Of a stretch of DNA of 64,000 nucleotides, positions 18,961 to 28,815 are shown piece by piece. Made by a program: the position numbers and the translations under genes. Origin of the DNA: Promethearchaeota archaeon (GTDB lineage: Archaea > Asgardarchaeota > Lokiarchaeia > Sigyniarchaeales > SOKP01). The number at the start of each line of letters is the position of its first letter. The stretch's first letter is position 1. The stretch covers positions 1-64,000 of the forward strand of contig JBHLON010000009.1 of the NCBI GenBank assembly GCA_048940445.1, given 5' to 3'. Under the pieces are notes generated by a model that was not told the DNA's origin, did no database searches, and was given only the letters and a program-made list of their open reading frames with translations.

Positions 18961-20298
18961 ATGGTTAGACCTAAAGTTGTGTTACCCGAGAAAGGAATAC
19001 TTGGTGAAAAACTTTTAGAAGAAATGAATAGCATTGCTAAAGATGATGTAGATTGGAAAGAGGGAAAGGTATGGAGCTTGGTTTATCATGCTTCAGATAA
19101 ACATACAGAACTACTTAAAAAGAGTTATCAACTTTTTTTTGAGAAAAATGCATTGAGTCCACTAGCATTCCCAAGCTTGAGGAGGTTTGAAACGGAAGTG
19201 GTTTCAATGGCTATTGATTTATTCAATGGAGATAAAAGATGTTGCGGAAGTATGACTTCGGGTGGGACTGAAAGTATCCTTATGGCTGTTAAAACCTATA
19301 GAGACTGGGCGAGAGAGAAATTTCCGGATATCAAAAAACCAGAAATGATATTACCTAGCTCTGCTCATCCAGCATTCTATAAAGGAGCAGATTATTTTGA
19401 TGTAAAGGCTGTAATAGTACCGGTGGATGAAAAAACACACCGCGCAGATCCAAAAGCAATGGAAAAAAAGTTAAATAAGAACACAATTCTAATTGTTGGG
19501 TCTGCATGTGACTTTCCCCGAGGTGTTGTTGATCCAATCCAAGAATTAGCTTCCCTTGCTCAAAGTAGGGGTATTGGAATGCATGTTGATAGTTGTCTTG
19601 GAGGTTTTATGCTGCCTTTTGTTAGAAAGCTTGGCTATACTATACCAGAATTTGATTTCTCAGTAGCCGGTGTTACTTCTATCTCTGCTGACGTTCATAA
19701 ATATGGATATGGAGCCAAAGGAGCCTCAACTATATTATATCGCAATGATAAACTATGGAAACACCAGTTTTCTGTATATACTGATTGGTCTGGGGGTGTA
19801 TATATCTCAACTACAATGCGTGGAACAAGACCAGGAGGGGCAATCGCAGCAGCGTGGGTTGCTATGAGATCTTTGGGGATAAATGGGTATTTAAGATTAG
19901 CTAAGATTGTTATGGATGCCACTAAAAGATTAATTGAGGGAATAAATAACATTCCTGAACTCTATGTAATTGGAGAACCCGTTATGAGCGTATTCTCTTT
20001 CACTTCGGATAAAATTTCTATCTTTCAATTAGGAGATGAGTTAGATAAAAAAGGTTGGCATTTAGATAGGATACAATTTCCTTCTGCTCTCCATATGATG
20101 GTTAATCCTCATCATGCAGATGTCATTGATGAATTTTTAAATGACTTAAGAGATGCAATTGAAGCCGTACGTAAACATCCCGAGAAAGTCTCCGATGGTG
20201 AGGCTGCAATGTATGGCATGATAGCAACTTTACCAGATCGTGGTAAAGTTAAAAACTATATCATCAATTTCCTAAAGGCTCAATACAAAATTATTTGA
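18961..20298 (+). CDS. PLP-dependent sphingosine-1-phosphate lyase-like enzyme (group II decarboxylase fold)
   Basis: TSGGTESI, HVDSCLGGF, SISADVHKYGYGAKGAS (PLP Lys), GTRPG, C-terminal AAMYG. Confidence 0.85.
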   Translation: MVRPKVVLPEKGILGEKLLEEMNSIAKDDVDWKEGKVWSLVYHASDKHTELLKKSYQLFFEKNALSPLAFPSLRRFETEVVSMAIDLFNGDKRCCGSMTSGGTESILMAVKTYRDWAREKFPDIKKPEMILPSSAHPAFYKGADYFDVKAVIVPVDEKTHRADPKAMEKKLNKNTILIVGSACDFPRGVVDPIQELASLAQSRGIGMHVDSCLGGFMLPFVRKLGYTIPEFDFSVAGVTSISADVHKYGYGAKGASTILYRNDKLWKHQFSVYTDWSGGVYISTTMRGTRPGGAIAAAWVAMRSLGINGYLRLAKIVMDATKRLIEGINNIPELYVIGEPVMSVFSFTSDKISIFQLGDELDKKGWHLDRIQFPSALHMMVNPHHADVIDEFLNDLRDAIEAVRKHPEKVSDGEAAMYGMIATLPDRGKVKNYIINFLKAQYKII

Positions 20299-20619
20299 TT
20301 GGATATTTGTACTATCATTGCTTCAACTCTTATAGCTAGAGATATTGACAAAAAGAAGAAGGAGGTACTTGTTGGATTAAATAGAATTCACGATGTTAAT
20401 CTTTTTGAAACTGTAAAGAGTTTAATAGATGGAAAGGATCTTTCTACAGATACTATATTAAGGGCAGTATTAGTACGTCTCTATACCGAAGAAATGAATG
20501 TAAAGTTAAAGCAACACACTTTAGATCGAGATTTAGTAAATAAAATGATTGTTGTAGCCTTAGTGCCCATAATATCCTATAAAGTAAGAATAATTTTGGG
20601 TCCTGTACTTAGATTCTAA
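20299..20619 (+). CDS. Hypothetical protein, in frame directly after the lyase stop
   Basis: 106-codon open frame with TTG start; no recognised family. Confidence 0.4.
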   Translation: MDICTIIASTLIARDIDKKKKEVLVGLNRIHDVNLFETVKSLIDGKDLSTDTILRAVLVRLYTEEMNVKLKQHTLDRDLVNKMIVVALVPIISYKVRIILGPVLRF

Positions 20620-20669
20620 ACTATAATTTTTTTTCTTTATTTTGTATGAATAAAAACTTCATAGAGGAA

Positions 20670-21206
20670 TTAGTATTTTACTTTTACTTGAATACTTGAT
20701 ATATTTAACATTAGTTGTGTTAAATTTTCAAACACAATATCCACATTTTCCCCAGTTTTGCTAGAACATTCCATAAACGCATTTAATCCCCTAGATTTAC
20801 AAAACTTTAATCCCTCTTTATAGGTAATTTCTCGAATCGAACTTAAGTCTATTTTACTACCTATCAGAAAAATTGGAAAATCCTCATTGGTTTCCTTTAT
20901 GACTGATAACCAATCATAAATGTGAGAAAAAGATGAGTATTCAGTAATGTCATACAGTAAGATTCCTCCCATAGCTCCTCGAATATATTTAGGTAACATA
21001 AAACGAAATCTTTCTTCACCAGCAAAGTCCCAGACCATTAACTTCACATGACTCCCATTTAAAAAAATATCCTTTGTTTCAAAATCAACTCCAATTGTCA
21101 TTTGAGAATCTGGGATAAATAGCCCAGTCATATATCTCTTTGCTAATGTAGTTTTACCACATCCAGCATCCCCAAAAATGACTACCTTAAAGATTGCATC
21201 ATACAT
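20670..21206 (-). CDS. Rab-like small GTPase (paralogue of 14461..14985)
   Basis: GDAGCGKT, TIGVDF, WDFAGEERFR, YIRGA, LLYDIT, SKID, CSSK. Confidence 0.93.
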   Translation of the reverse strand: MYDAIFKVVIFGDAGCGKTTLAKRYMTGLFIPDSQMTIGVDFETKDIFLNGSHVKLMVWDFAGEERFRFMLPKYIRGAMGGILLYDITEYSSFSHIYDWLSVIKETNEDFPIFLIGSKIDLSSIREITYKEGLKFCKSRGLNAFMECSSKTGENVDIVFENLTQLMLNISSIQVKVKY

Positions 21207-21287
21207 CTTTATGTTTTTAAAAACCCAATATATTAGATAATATTGTCGCTATTTAACTTGACATTACTAAAATAAAAATAAAGATAT

Positions 21288-21890
21288 TTAATCTTTTTTA
21301 AAAATTTTAAATAACTCCAATTTCTGTCCTTCTTTTAAAGCTTTGATACTTAATGTTAATTTATTGCCTGAAAACTTTTGGTTTATGGATTTCTCAACCT
21401 GATTTTCATTTAACGGTAAAAACCTTAAAATATAACCTAATAAAAACATGTTGATAGACTTAACATTAATTAGACTTTTTGTAATCTTGCTCGGGGAAAT
21501 ATAATATATATCTTCAAAAAGCTCATACAAATTGTTGATTAAAGATTTATTTACATTGTTTTTCGATTTCAGGAGATGACCCTCATAATTGAATATTACT
21601 AATTTTGTGCTTCTATCAGGTTTAGCAAATTTTAGGGTATCAGTAATAAAATTTTTTTCAATAGTAATAATCATATCTGCTGATCCTATTATTGGTATGG
21701 GTGAACCAAGATTATTGCCAAAACGAAGAAAGCATAAAACTTTCCCACCTCTCTGACTAAGACCATGAGTTTCAGAAGTAATAACTTTATATCCAGCATT
21801 CATCAACGTATTCCCTAATATTTGTAATAAGGTTATTAGGCCCTGACCGCCAATACCCGTCATTACTATTATGTAACTCTTAACAAACAT
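21288..21890 (-). CDS. iorB: Indolepyruvate:ferredoxin oxidoreductase beta subunit
   Basis: GIGGQG, SETHGLSQRGG, NMFLLG; directly downstream of iorA. Confidence 0.88.
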   Translation of the reverse strand: MFVKSYIIVMTGIGGQGLITLLQILGNTLMNAGYKVITSETHGLSQRGGKVLCFLRFGNNLGSPIPIIGSADMIITIEKNFITDTLKFAKPDRSTKLVIFNYEGHLLKSKNNVNKSLINNLYELFEDIYYISPSKITKSLINVKSINMFLLGYILRFLPLNENQVEKSINQKFSGNKLTLSIKALKEGQKLELFKIFKKD

Positions 21891-21892
21891 AT

Positions 21893-23836
21893 TTATCCCT
21901 CTTTATTAATCGCGTGATTAGGACATATTTCCTCACAGATACCACAACCTAAGCAAACATTTTGATTAATTAAAGCGATATTGCCTTTTTCATGAATTGC
22001 TGGGCATGAAAATTGGTTGTAACATAAACCACAGTTATTACAAAGCGCTTCATTCACATATCTTACTATAACTTCCGTCCTTTTGGTATACCTCTGGATG
22101 CATTCATCTTTCACTACAATAACATGCAGATTTTTTTGTTTTAGTACATCCATTCCATTTTTATAGATACAATCCTTTAATCTATTGAAATAAGTTCCTT
22201 CAACATTGCTATGATGCTTTATTATATTAACATCCACTCCCATACCTTTTATAAAATTCTCTAAATCTATACTCTTTTTAAAAAACCCTCCAGTATAATA
22301 ACGTGTATCACTTCCTGGATGCGGTTGTTGTCCAGTCATTCCTATCCATCCGTTATCTAATATTAATACTAAGATAGGAGTTTTATTATGGATTGCATTC
22401 AATAATGCTGGTATCCCAGAATGAAAAAAGGTTCCATCTCCTATTATTGCTATATTTAAACTATCACTTGTTTGAGCAACTCCTTGTGCTAGTGCTATGC
22501 TTGACCCCATACAATATTTTACGTTAGCAAAAGAGAGGGGAGGATAAGCCAAGAGTGTATAACACCCTATATCTTGGTAAAAGAAGATTTCTTTTCCGGT
22601 CTTAGATTTGATTCTTTTATTAGCTTGATTTATTGCAAACCCTGTTGTTCTATGTGGACATCCAGCACACAAAATTGGAAATCTTGGAACTATTTGATCC
22701 TTGCGATCTTTTATTCGAAATAGATCTATTCTTGGTTTGAGATTGGTCACTTTTAGCAATGCAAGTGCTACTTTAGTTGGATTTAACTCTCCAACATAAG
22801 ATAATAATGCTTTTTCCTTAGAGTAAGAAAATGGACTTTTTCCATGTATATCTACATTGAGACTATTCTTTTGAGCAATTGCTAATATTTGAGTTTCGAT
22901 AAACGCATCGTTCTCTTCAATAACTAATACTTTTTTACATTGTTTAAGAAATTTTACAATTATTTGTTCGGGAAGAGGATTTATAATGCCAATCTTAAGA
23001 ATTGGAGCTTGTAGCTCAAGAAAATTTAATGCTTCGTTTACATAATTGTAAGATACTCCACAAGTAATAATTCCTAGCCCAAAATCATTTTTATTATTCT
23101 CGTTTTCGATCCTGTTCAAAGAACTCTTTTCTGAAAAATCTAGTGCTTTATTCATCCTATTATATATCTGATCTTCCTTTAATTCTAAAAAATAAAGTCT
23201 TGATGCCACATTTACTTCCTTTGATAAATCAAATGTACTTTCTAGTTCTGAAGGTTTTATTTTTCCAATAATTACATTACTTCTTGCATGAGACACCATA
23301 GTAACTGCTCTTAAGATCACTGGAAGCTTTAATTCTCTCGAAAGTGAAAATGCTAATTTAGCAAATTCTAGACATTCTTGCGGATTACTAGGCTCTAGTG
23401 CGGGTATTTTAAATAGACTCAGATAGTATCTTGAATCCATCTCTACAGCACTTGAATGTTGTTGTGGATCATCCGCTACAAAAATAACCAAGGCAGAATT
23501 CTTATTCCTTGGATAAGTAGTAGCTAATGCAAATAAAGGATCAGATGCTACATTTAACCCAACATTTTTCATACCAACCATCGCAGTAGCTCCTCTAGCG
23601 TAAGCCGCACCTGCAACTTCTAGCGCAACCTTTTCATTAATACTACTCTCAACCCATTTCATTCCTACTTCTCTAAAAATTTCTGTAAAAAGTTCTCCCA
23701 CCTCTGAGCTCGGTGTACCTGGATAATATGTATAAACATCTATTCCACTTTCTAAAGCTCCACGAACAATAGCCTCATTCCCTAGAAAGAATTTTTCTTC
23801 CCCAGGATTGCCCTCAACAATTTTTCTAAAATTCAT
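21893..23836 (-). CDS. iorA: Indolepyruvate:ferredoxin oxidoreductase alpha subunit
   Basis: LGNEAIVRG, YPGTPSSE, NEKVALE, LCAGCPH, GDGTFFHSG TPP motif, C-terminal ferredoxin. Confidence 0.93.
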   Translation of the reverse strand: MNFRKIVEGNPGEEKFFLGNEAIVRGALESGIDVYTYYPGTPSSEVGELFTEIFREVGMKWVESSINEKVALEVAGAAYARGATAMVGMKNVGLNVASDPLFALATTYPRNKNSALVIFVADDPQQHSSAVEMDSRYYLSLFKIPALEPSNPQECLEFAKLAFSLSRELKLPVILRAVTMVSHARSNVIIGKIKPSELESTFDLSKEVNVASRLYFLELKEDQIYNRMNKALDFSEKSSLNRIENENNKNDFGLGIITCGVSYNYVNEALNFLELQAPILKIGIINPLPEQIIVKFLKQCKKVLVIEENDAFIETQILAIAQKNSLNVDIHGKSPFSYSKEKALLSYVGELNPTKVALALLKVTNLKPRIDLFRIKDRKDQIVPRFPILCAGCPHRTTGFAINQANKRIKSKTGKEIFFYQDIGCYTLLAYPPLSFANVKYCMGSSIALAQGVAQTSDSLNIAIIGDGTFFHSGIPALLNAIHNKTPILVLILDNGWIGMTGQQPHPGSDTRYYTGGFFKKSIDLENFIKGMGVDVNIIKHHSNVEGTYFNRLKDCIYKNGMDVLKQKNLHVIVVKDECIQRYTKRTEVIVRYVNEALCNNCGLCYNQFSCPAIHEKGNIALINQNVCLGCGICEEICPNHAINKEG

Positions 23837-23960
23837 GGTAATTTCAATAAAATCAGTTATTATTTAACTAATAAAAAAGATTCTTGGGTTTATTAAATGT
23901 GTATAAACTTATAAGATTATAAATCTTAAATTTTAAGATTTATTGTAATCTATAATAATT

Positions 23961-24953
23961 ATGAAACTCAATCTTGAAAAATTTGATATATTTTATATCA
24001 TTGCTATTGCTGGAACTACAATTTTCATGGTATTGGAACTTATTTTAGGATTTATTTCACTAAACTTCACATTTTTAATCTTCTTTTGGACAATGAAACT
24101 AATTTCTGGTTTTGGTTTAATCATTTCTATTTCAAATGCTATTTTATGGATATTAAATCGTTTTACTGAGAAATTCACTAAAAAATATGTTCAAATTCTT
24201 ATCATCTTTCAAGTAATAGTCCCGGGAGTCTTAGCAGGATACGCTATCTACTCCATTTTTTCAAATTTACCTCCAGCAACTTCTTCTACTGGTTTAAATT
24301 ACTGGTTAAACCTTATTTTATTCCTATATGGTATGATTTCTTTTACAGTTTCTTTATATATAATTCCTTTAATAAGAGTTGAATTTCAAGAAGCTGTAGA
24401 GACTGGATTGCTGAAAAAGATCAAAAAAAGCGCTACAAAAGTTGGACGGGGTATTAAAAAAAGATATTTTAACTGGAGGGGAAAATATGCTAAAGTCCAC
24501 ATTCAGGATCAAATGACTTTAGGAGAAGTTCTAGAAATTTGGAGAGATCGATTCGCAGTTTACTTATTACTCCCAATTGCAGTTGGTTCGGTTATTTTTA
24601 CTCCAATTTCCTTCATTTGCCTCATTTTTTGGTTAAAGATTTTTGTTCTTGATAAAGGAGACCCAAAGTTTTATGAAAGAATCGCTTTAATGGTTTCAAT
24701 GGCATGGATTACAATCATCGCTTCATTATCATATCTATTTAATTTAGAATTCTATACTACTATTCAATCGTTATTTTGGACTATTCAAATATTTTATTTG
24801 GCTGGAATTATTATCTCGGGAATTATTTTTATTTATCAATTTGCACATCTCAAAGGGATAACCTTAAAAAAGATTAAAAAAGAAATCAAAGAAGAAATTA
24901 AAGAAGTAAAAGCTAGGGTTTCTAAAAAGGAGGATAGTGAAGAATCAGAATAA
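23961..24953 (+). CDS. Multi-pass membrane protein of unknown function
   Basis: About 7 TM helices with a basic cytoplasmic loop and charged tail. Confidence 0.7.
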   Translation: MKLNLEKFDIFYIIAIAGTTIFMVLELILGFISLNFTFLIFFWTMKLISGFGLIISISNAILWILNRFTEKFTKKYVQILIIFQVIVPGVLAGYAIYSIFSNLPPATSSTGLNYWLNLILFLYGMISFTVSLYIIPLIRVEFQEAVETGLLKKIKKSATKVGRGIKKRYFNWRGKYAKVHIQDQMTLGEVLEIWRDRFAVYLLLPIAVGSVIFTPISFICLIFWLKIFVLDKGDPKFYERIALMVSMAWITIIASLSYLFNLEFYTTIQSLFWTIQIFYLAGIIISGIIFIYQFAHLKGITLKKIKKEIKEEIKEVKARVSKKEDSEESE

Positions 24954-25084
24954 TAAAATTAATCCCTAATTAAATTTTTCTTACTTTTTTGTAGTTGAAT
25001 GATTTTTTTTAGAATTTAGTAAGTTTTTAAATGTCTTGATAAAAGTGACAAATAATAATTAGGATGAAATATCTAATAATACTT

Positions 25085-25282
25085 ATGATTCCACGATCTT
25101 TGTTTGATGAATTAAAAGATAAACGCATTAGAATCTTTGTGAAAGACTTACCAGACCCTCACTGTGTTCAAACTGGAAAAATTGAGACGGTTACCGAGCA
25201 TTTAATCGTACTGTATGATGAAAAACATGATATTCATATTTATCTACCAATCGAAGAAATAAGTTTAATTAGAACAATATAA
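25085..25282 (+). CDS. Small beta-barrel protein, Sm/LSm/Hfq-like fold candidate
   Basis: Helix (LFDELKDK), RIRIFV, QTGKIETVTEHLIVL, IYLPIEEISLI pattern; ATG at 25085 or 25064. Confidence 0.55.
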   Translation: MIPRSLFDELKDKRIRIFVKDLPDPHCVQTGKIETVTEHLIVLYDEKHDIHIYLPIEEISLIRTI

Positions 25283-25575
25283 TTGATGAGCTCTCTTTCA
25301 TTTTACATAATCTCTAAATGAAGCTTTCAGTTCGTTTTTCATTAATAACTTAAATTCAGACTGAGAAAGATCAATAATTTTTATAGCTTTTTTTGTTAAC
25401 TTATCTCGGGTCAATTTTATAGTGGCAATATTTTTATGAATAGCTTCCAGTCCTAAGGCAATATTCTATTTTATTATAAATTATAAAAATTGGCAATTAT
25501 ATACATTTAATAATCAGTTTTAATAATATGGTTTTAGTCTTATTAAGTAAGATGTATTAATTATAATGGTTAAAG

Positions 25576-26076
25576 ATGAATAAGTATCATCTAAGAAGAA
25601 TTGAAAAGGAGATATCGGAAAGGGAGGTCCTTCTTGAAATAATAAAAAAAGGGAAATTTACCACAATCTCTATGTGTAAAGAAAATGAAGCATATTTAGT
25701 GACAATGAGTTACGGATATGACGGTAAAAAAAATGCTCTTTATTTTCATTGTGCTAAGGAAGGCCAAAAAATAGATTTTATAAAATCTAATCCAAATGTA
25801 TGTGGTACAGTAATAGAAAATAGAGGTTATGAAGAAGGTTGTGGTCAAGCATTTCGTTCAGTAGTATTTAGGGGAGAAATGAAAATTGTAGAAAGTTTAC
25901 AAGAAAAGAAGTATGGATTCGATGTTTTATTAAAACATTTAGAAGAAGACCCTAAATTAATTAAGCATAAATTTCTGAAGAAGGATGAAACCTATGAAAA
26001 TTCAGGTATGCTAAGATTAGATATAATGTATATTACTGGTAAAGAAGAAAAAGCAGAATCACAAACTACATCTTGA
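25576..26076 (+). CDS. Pyridoxamine 5'-phosphate oxidase / NimA-like flavin-binding protein
   Basis: LRRIEKEI, LYFHCAKEGQKIDFIKSNPNVC, FRSVVFRG, ITGK. Confidence 0.88.
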   Translation: MNKYHLRRIEKEISEREVLLEIIKKGKFTTISMCKENEAYLVTMSYGYDGKKNALYFHCAKEGQKIDFIKSNPNVCGTVIENRGYEEGCGQAFRSVVFRGEMKIVESLQEKKYGFDVLLKHLEEDPKLIKHKFLKKDETYENSGMLRLDIMYITGKEEKAESQTTS

Positions 26077-26563
26077 TTTCATTCAATATATCATCGAGAT
26101 AATGTAATTTTTCATATTCAATTTCATCCTTTAATGCATTTGCTAAAGAATATTTAAATGCCCAAATCTCGATGTTTTTATGTAATTCTTTTACTTTTTT
26201 AATAACAGGTAGAAAATCTCCATCTCCGGATACCAATATTGCTGTATCATAGGCATTTTCGTATCCAAAAGAAATTATATCTATTGCAATCTTTATATCT
26301 ACTTTTTTCTCAAAAGTATTATTGAGAGCAATTTTATCAAAACTAACCTTAACCTCATAACCACTTATAGCACTCAGATCTTCATACCACTTCTTTTTTT
26401 CTGGATTCATTGGATAAACAGCTCCTTCATACAAGAATATGCCCGTTAATTTCCGATTCTTAGTAATTATGCTTTTTAATTTCTCATAATCTGCCTTTAC
26501 GTTATACTTTCTAAAACCTTTGAAGATATTGCTATTATCAATAAAAATCATTATCCGATCCAA
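26066..26563 (-). CDS. NYN domain (LabA/DUF88, PIN-like) protein
   Basis: IFIDNSN, EKKVDIKIAID, LVSGDGDF. Confidence 0.9.
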   Translation of the reverse strand: MDRIMIFIDNSNIFKGFRKYNVKADYEKLKSIITKNRKLTGIFLYEGAVYPMNPEKKKWYEDLSAISGYEVKVSFDKIALNNTFEKKVDIKIAIDIISFGYENAYDTAILVSGDGDFLPVIKKVKELHKNIEIWAFKYSLANALKDEIEYEKLHYLDDILNEIKM

Positions 26564-26726
26564 CTATAAAACCCTTTCTTTACTTCTTAAGAAGCAAAAA
26601 GAAGTAGTATTTTTTTAGAAAATATTTATAATAATCTGTATTCTTATCAATTTAATTAGTTTTACTAAAAATGTAAAAAAATATATTTAGATACATCAAG
26701 AACCTAATTCCTTGAGATTTTTATTC

Positions 26727-26879
26727 TTAACAACATCTTCTTTTAAATTGGGTTTCTTTGACCTCAAAATTTACCTTCTGCTCAACAGAATCATCAATAT
26801 TAACCAACTCTCTTCCACAATATTCACAATATTTTTGATTAATATCTCGGATTCTACTCCCACAATCTGGACAATTCAC
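26727..26879 (-). CDS. 50-aa zinc-ribbon microprotein ending in KRRCC
   Basis: Not in ORF track. GTG at 26879 gives MNCPDCGSRIRDINQKYCEYCGRELVNIDDSVEQKVNFEVKETQFKRRCC*; CPDCG..CEYCG zinc ribbon. Confidence 0.78.
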   Translation of the reverse strand: MNCPDCGSRIRDINQKYCEYCGRELVNIDDSVEQKVNFEVKETQFKRRCC

Positions 26880-27067
26880 TTAAATCTACTCCATAGATTG
26901 AATTCAAATAGAAAAATATCTATTAAAATAGAATAATTCCAGTATTAATAAAATAGTTCCAATATTTTATAAGTAAATCTTAAGTTGTAACCAATTAATT
27001 TCACTTGATTTAATTAATTTGGATTCTTATTAATTATTTAACCTTTCATTAAAAGAGCGATCATAAA

Positions 27068-27988
27068 ATGAAAAGAACTGATCCAGATTCCGCTGAGGGA
27101 TGGTTTAATCGTGGACTCAATTACATACAAGATGGAGATATAAAGAGAGCAATTAACGCTTTTAAGAAAGTTTTAACAATAAATCCTAATGATGTAGAGG
27201 CTTGGGTTAATTTAGGATTAGCTTTCAGTATGCTGGGGAATACTAATGAGGAAATCAAATCTTATAAAAAAGCTTTAGAATTAAAACCAAATAACCCTGA
27301 GCTCTGGGTAAATTTAGGGGTAGCATACGGACAAAAAGATGAAATTGATTCTGAGATCAACGCCTATAGGAAAGCTTTAGAAATTAATCCAAATGATGCT
27401 GATACATTATATAATTTGGGTGTAGCTTTTGGAAAATCAGAAAATTATGAAGAAGCTGTCGTTTACTTTAAAAACTCACTCAAAATAAATCCTAATGATT
27501 CTGAAGTATGGAATAATCTTGGTAGAGCATACGGAATGTTAGGGAACGCTAAAGAAGAAATCAGTGCTTTCAAAAAAGCAATAGAAATAGATCCTCAGAA
27601 TGAGATTGCTTGGTTCAACCTTGGTTTAACATCACTTAATAATGAGAAGTTCGAACAAGCGATTAATTGCTTTAAAGAGACTATTAAAATCGATCCACAA
27701 TTAAGTATTGCATTTTTTGGTCTTGGTTTTGCTTTTGAAAAAATGAATAAGCTTGAGGAAGCTATAAAGGCATATAAAAGTGTTTTAAACCTTGAACCGG
27801 AGGATGTTGAGACATTAATTCATATTTCAATTGTCTATCAAAAAAAAGGTAATGACAAGGAAGCATTGAATGTTCTAGAAAAAGCAATTAGCATCGATAA
27901 GGATTTAGTATTAATCTTAGATGAAGAAGAGAACCTACTTCAAAATCTAAAAGATTTGAATGGATTTGAAAAAATATTGGAGAGTTAG
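27068..27988 (+). CDS. Tetratricopeptide repeat protein (about 8 TPRs)
   Basis: Repeating W.NLG.A.....A...YKKALE..P 34-aa units. Confidence 0.93.
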   Translation: MKRTDPDSAEGWFNRGLNYIQDGDIKRAINAFKKVLTINPNDVEAWVNLGLAFSMLGNTNEEIKSYKKALELKPNNPELWVNLGVAYGQKDEIDSEINAYRKALEINPNDADTLYNLGVAFGKSENYEEAVVYFKNSLKINPNDSEVWNNLGRAYGMLGNAKEEISAFKKAIEIDPQNEIAWFNLGLTSLNNEKFEQAINCFKETIKIDPQLSIAFFGLGFAFEKMNKLEEAIKAYKSVLNLEPEDVETLIHISIVYQKKGNDKEALNVLEKAISIDKDLVLILDEEENLLQNLKDLNGFEKILES

Positions 27989-27990
27989 GA

Positions 27991-28653
27991 TTAATTATTT
28001 TTCTTTTTAAGAGTAATTTTCATCCAACCATCTGTTAATTGCATTCTAAAGTTTGTATTAAAATCTGTGTGTTTAATCATTTCTTTTATACTCGTATTAT
28101 ATTTAATCCATTCAAAACCATGTAATTTTTGGATACGAGTGAGAATATTATATTTTATTACACCATATTTTCTTTTTAATTTGACTTGTTCTTCATCAGG
28201 AGAATTATAACATCCATCATATATCCAAGCTTCTTTGTTATTTTTTAAAATTCGATAACATTCATTGAAAACTTTAATTGGATATTTCCAGTGATGAAAT
28301 GAGCCTGTACTAATAATTAAATCAATGGAATTATCCTCAAAGGGAATCTTAACAGCATTTGCTAATTTAAATTGTACATTTTTATATTTTTTAGCGTTTC
28401 CAGAGGCGATCTCTACCATCTTCTTACTCAAATCAATTCCATAAATATTCAAATCTGGAGTTCTTTTAGCAATTTCTATTGAAAGATATCCAGTCCCAGA
28501 TCCCACGTCTACTAAAACACCTTGTTTTATACTTTGGACTACACTTTTAGATATTTCTGTTTCTGATTTGCTTAAAATTCTTTTTACAAAAGCATTATAA
28601 AAAATTGCCCCAGGATTGGGAATAGCTTCCATTTTTACTTGTATATTTTTCAC
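27991..28653 (-). CDS. Class I SAM-dependent methyltransferase
   Basis: VDVGSGTG, GIDLS, IPFEDNSID, SFHHW. Confidence 0.9.
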   Translation of the reverse strand: MKNIQVKMEAIPNPGAIFYNAFVKRILSKSETEISKSVVQSIKQGVLVDVGSGTGYLSIEIAKRTPDLNIYGIDLSKKMVEIASGNAKKYKNVQFKLANAVKIPFEDNSIDLIISTGSFHHWKYPIKVFNECYRILKNNKEAWIYDGCYNSPDEEQVKLKRKYGVIKYNILTRIQKLHGFEWIKYNTSIKEMIKHTDFNTNFRMQLTDGWMKITLKKKNN

Positions 28654-28815
28654 AAAATCTTCTAAAAAAATGTTTCAGCCACCCATTGAAAAAGATATTC
28701 CCCATACATTTTGAAACAATGATCTTAATTATAAAAAATACAGTAAGTATAATAACCTTCTATATATAATATGAAAGTTCAATTTTTATAATAAATTTTT
28801 AACAAAAATTTCTCT

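Noticed and set aside
25298-25466. Minus-strand open frame of about 55 codons (NIALGLEAIHKNIATIKLTRDK...FRDYVK)
   Set aside because: Preceded directly by an in-frame TAG with no convincing start or SD; may be a gene remnant but cannot be assigned.
26712-26936. 74-aa plus-strand ORF
   Set aside because: Antisense to the zinc-ribbon KRRCC ORF, which has far more protein-like features.
28654-28686. ATG GGT GGC TGA in frame upstream of the methyltransferase, suggesting selenocysteine
   Set aside because: No redox-motif context, not a known selenoprotein family and no SECIS recognised; GGTGG is more simply an SD-like sequence.
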